A program made the position numbers and the translations under genes. 64,000 nt of DNA, taken from the human T2T-CHM13v2.0 reference genome, Homo sapiens. The notes under the pieces were generated by a model. It was given only the letters and a program-made list of their open reading frames with translations, had not been told where the DNA came from and ran no database searches. Shown piece after piece: positions 55,610 through 64,000 of this stretch. The stretch is from the NCBI RefSeq assembly GCF_009914755.1, contig NC_060934.1. One strand, 5' to 3'. The stretch's first letter is position 1; every line of letters starts with the position of its first letter.

Positions 55610-56619
55610 GTGTATTTTTTTATTTTATTTTATAGAATGGGGTTTTACCATGTTGCTCAGGCTGGTCTTGAACTCCTGGGCTCATGTGATCTACCTGCCT
55701 TGGCCTCCCAAAGTGCTAGGATTACAGGTGTAAGCCACCGTGCCCAGCTGGAATGTAAGCTTCTGACGGACTTGGGCTAGGACTGTGAACTTAGCCTCTG
55801 ATGCCAAGGAGCAAACATGGAATGAAAGCAGGCCAAAGGCCCTTTTGCATAATATGGCAGTAAGGCAGGAAGGGAAGTTCATTCCACTTTAGAGAGGCAG
55901 TGTTTGAAGCATGAGGAAGTTTGCCAGCCAGAGAAAATGGGAATACCTTCTGTGCAGAGTGAATACAAAGATACAAGGGTGTGAATGTGCAGTTAGGGAA
56001 TGGGGAAGCTTTAGTAATGAGACTGTTAAGGTGGATTGTGTCCCTTGTGAAGGGACTCAGACGACATAAATCAGTTAAAAAAAACAAAACTAACTTCAGT
56101 TTTTGAATAGGTATAGGATTCACCTGGTTCAAAATTTAAAAGGTAAAGGTATACAGTGAAAAGTCTCCCTTTCCCCCTTGAACTCCAGCCACCCAGTTTC
56201 CCTCCTCATAGGAAACCGATGCACTTAAGAAACCCAATGTCTTGGATATGCTTCTAGAGATAGTTTGTGCACAATCTGGCAGTAACTAGTCCCCTTTCAT
56301 ACAAATGAAGACCTGTTATACTGTCTTGTCCTGTTTCTTGATTTTTTTTTCATCCTTTGCATGTTTTGGGGAACATTTCTTGCTTGTATCTACAGAACTT
56401 TCTCTTCTTTTGACAGTTAAATAATAGTCCCTTGATGGTTGTAGATAATTTATTAAACTAGACCCTTATGGAAGGTTATTTGTGATCTGTTGCTGTTTCA
56501 GACAACATGGCAAAGAATGACACAAATATGTCAGTTTACGTATGTGCAAGTACATTTACAGGATAATTTCTAGAAGAGGAACATACTAAGCATTGGATGT
56601 TAGAAAACAGAGAAATCTT

Positions 56620-56841
56620 GTATTATTATTATTTTTACTTTATTTTACTTTAAGTTCTGGGATACACATGCAGAACATGCAGGTTTGTTACATAGGTATA
56701 CATGTGCCATGGTGGTTTGCTGCACCTATCAACTCATCATCCAGGTTTTAAGCCCCGCATGCATTAGGTATTTGTCCTAATGCTGTCCCTCCCCTTGTCC
56801 CCCATCCCCCTACAGGCCCCAGTGTGTGATGTTCCCCTCCC
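56620..56841 (-). mobile_element. 5'-truncated primate L1 (L1PA-type) 3' end
   Basis: TTTAAGTTCTGGGATACACATGCAGAACATGCAGGTTTGTTACATAGGTATACATGTGCCATGGTGG...CCCCAGTGTGTGATGTTCCCCTCCC. Confidence 0.88.
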
Positions 56842-57172
56842 GAAACAGAGGTGTTTAAGCTGATGTATAAAATTTTGGTAAAATAATCCTGGTAGTATTG
56901 AGGAAGATAGATTGGAGCGCTGGTGAGACACTGGGGTTGGAGAGCCATCCATTCAAGCAAGAGGTAGTAAGAGCTGCCTTCAGGCAGTGGTAGGAGTGCA
57001 GATAGAGAAAAGACACATCTGCAGCATGTGTAGAGTACAAGAGGGAGAGGGAGGAAAAAGAAAAGATAAATTCTAGAGATAGACTCATTATTACTTAATT
57101 TATATTTGGATTCATAGTGTTCTCGATTTTGAAAATGAATCAGTAAAGTAAATGTTTTAAAAATAACTAATT

Positions 57173-62995
<5,823 letters not shown>

Positions 62996-63003
<8 letters not shown>

Positions 63004-63118
63004 GAAAGGGAAGGGGAGGGGAGGGGGAAAGAAAGAAGGGAGGGAGAAAGGGAGGCAGGGAGGGAGAGAGGGAGGGAGGGAGGAAGGAAGGAAGGGAGGG
63101 AGGGAGGGAGGAGGGAGG
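62996..63118 (+). repeat. Polypurine (GGGA/GGAA)n tract grown from an Alu tail
   Basis: About 120 nt almost purely A/G. Confidence 0.92.
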
Positions 63119-63172
63119 TTTAGGATTAGAGTGTAGGTGTGCTGAGATCATCATTACTATTTGAGTGATAAT

Positions 63173-63782
63173 TGAAGCAATGTCACTTATCTTGGGTAAT
63201 ACCCGAGGTTCATTGCTGGAAATCAAGGATGTGAACACACCAGAGTGAGGTTAAGAGTGGAAGTTTAATAGGCAAAAGAAAGAGAAGAGCTCTCAGCCCA
63301 GAGAGGGATCCTGGAGAAAAATGGGTTACCAGTTCCATGATGAAATGCACGGAGTTTTATAAATGAGCTTGAGGAGGCAGTGTCTGATTTACATAGGGCC
63401 CAAAAGATTGGTTGGACCAGGTGTGTCATTTACATAGCATGCAAAGAAGCTAATGTTTTATTATGCAGATGGTTCTCTACCTGGCCTGCATCATATTGCC
63501 TGTTTCTTTATTGTACACATGGTTGAAAAAGAAAAGGGAAGATGGAGCCTCCATGTTGAACATGCCTGGCCCCCAGGTAGCCTTTTCCTATTGGCATAGC
63601 TGCTGGCATTCACCCATGCAAGTTTTAGCATGCTTTTCTATGTCTGCAGCTCGATTTTTCAGGGTGGTCTTTGTTAGAAAAGAAATGATTTGGGGGCTGC
63701 TTTTTATTAAAAGGGAAACCTTGCTGAGAACTCTTTTACCCTCACCAACTGCCTAAATAATTTCTTTCTAGCTTCTGCATCA
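63173..63782 (-). mobile_element. Solo ERV1 LTR (LTR9/MER61-group-like), about 610 bp
   Basis: Minus strand begins TGATGCAGAAGCTAGAAAGAAATTATTTAGGCAG and ends CCTCGGGTATTACCC...GCTTCA (TG...CA ends). Family named from memory; no clean TSD seen. Confidence 0.72.
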
Positions 63783-64000
63783 ATATTAGGCAAATTGACA
63801 AACTTCTCTGTGACTCTGTTCCTCATCTGTGGCATGGGATAGTAAATGGAACCCACCGCATGGGGGAGTTGTAAAGATTTAATGAGATCATAAAGAGCTC
63901 CTGACTTACAGCATGTGCTAAATGAAAAATAATTTTTTTTTTGAAGGAGAAAACTGAAATCACAAACGAATATTGCAATGGCAGAGAAGGAAAAAGGGAC

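Overview
Human (primate) genomic DNA at the 5' end of VCL (vinculin), recognised from the protein sequence. The only supportable coding sequence is VCL coding exon 1 (35597-35764, + strand), inside a CpG-island promoter with a perfect CArG box and several GC boxes. About 35 kb of upstream intergenic DNA precedes it and about 28 kb of intron 1 follows; I did not find exon 2 in the window. The rest is dominated by roughly 80 Alu elements or fragments (counted by eye), plus old L1, MIR, MaLR/ERVL and ERV1 LTRs, Tigger/MER DNA transposons and microsatellites. Almost all other ORFs in the supplied track are Alu read-throughs. I see no new gene system. The most unusual features are: (1) two non-tandem local duplications, including a 411-bp ~98.5% identical copy pasted into the (TA)n-expanded linker of an Alu with fold-back junction sequence; (2) an apparently consensus-identical AluYa5; (3) an Alu whose 5' junction stutters three times; (4) a CpG-rich MIR supplying an AATAAA just inside intron 1; (5) candidate SRF/AP-1/TEAD enhancer islands upstream. 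Repeat subfamily calls and boundaries are from memory and by eye, and should be confirmed with RepeatMasker/Dfam.
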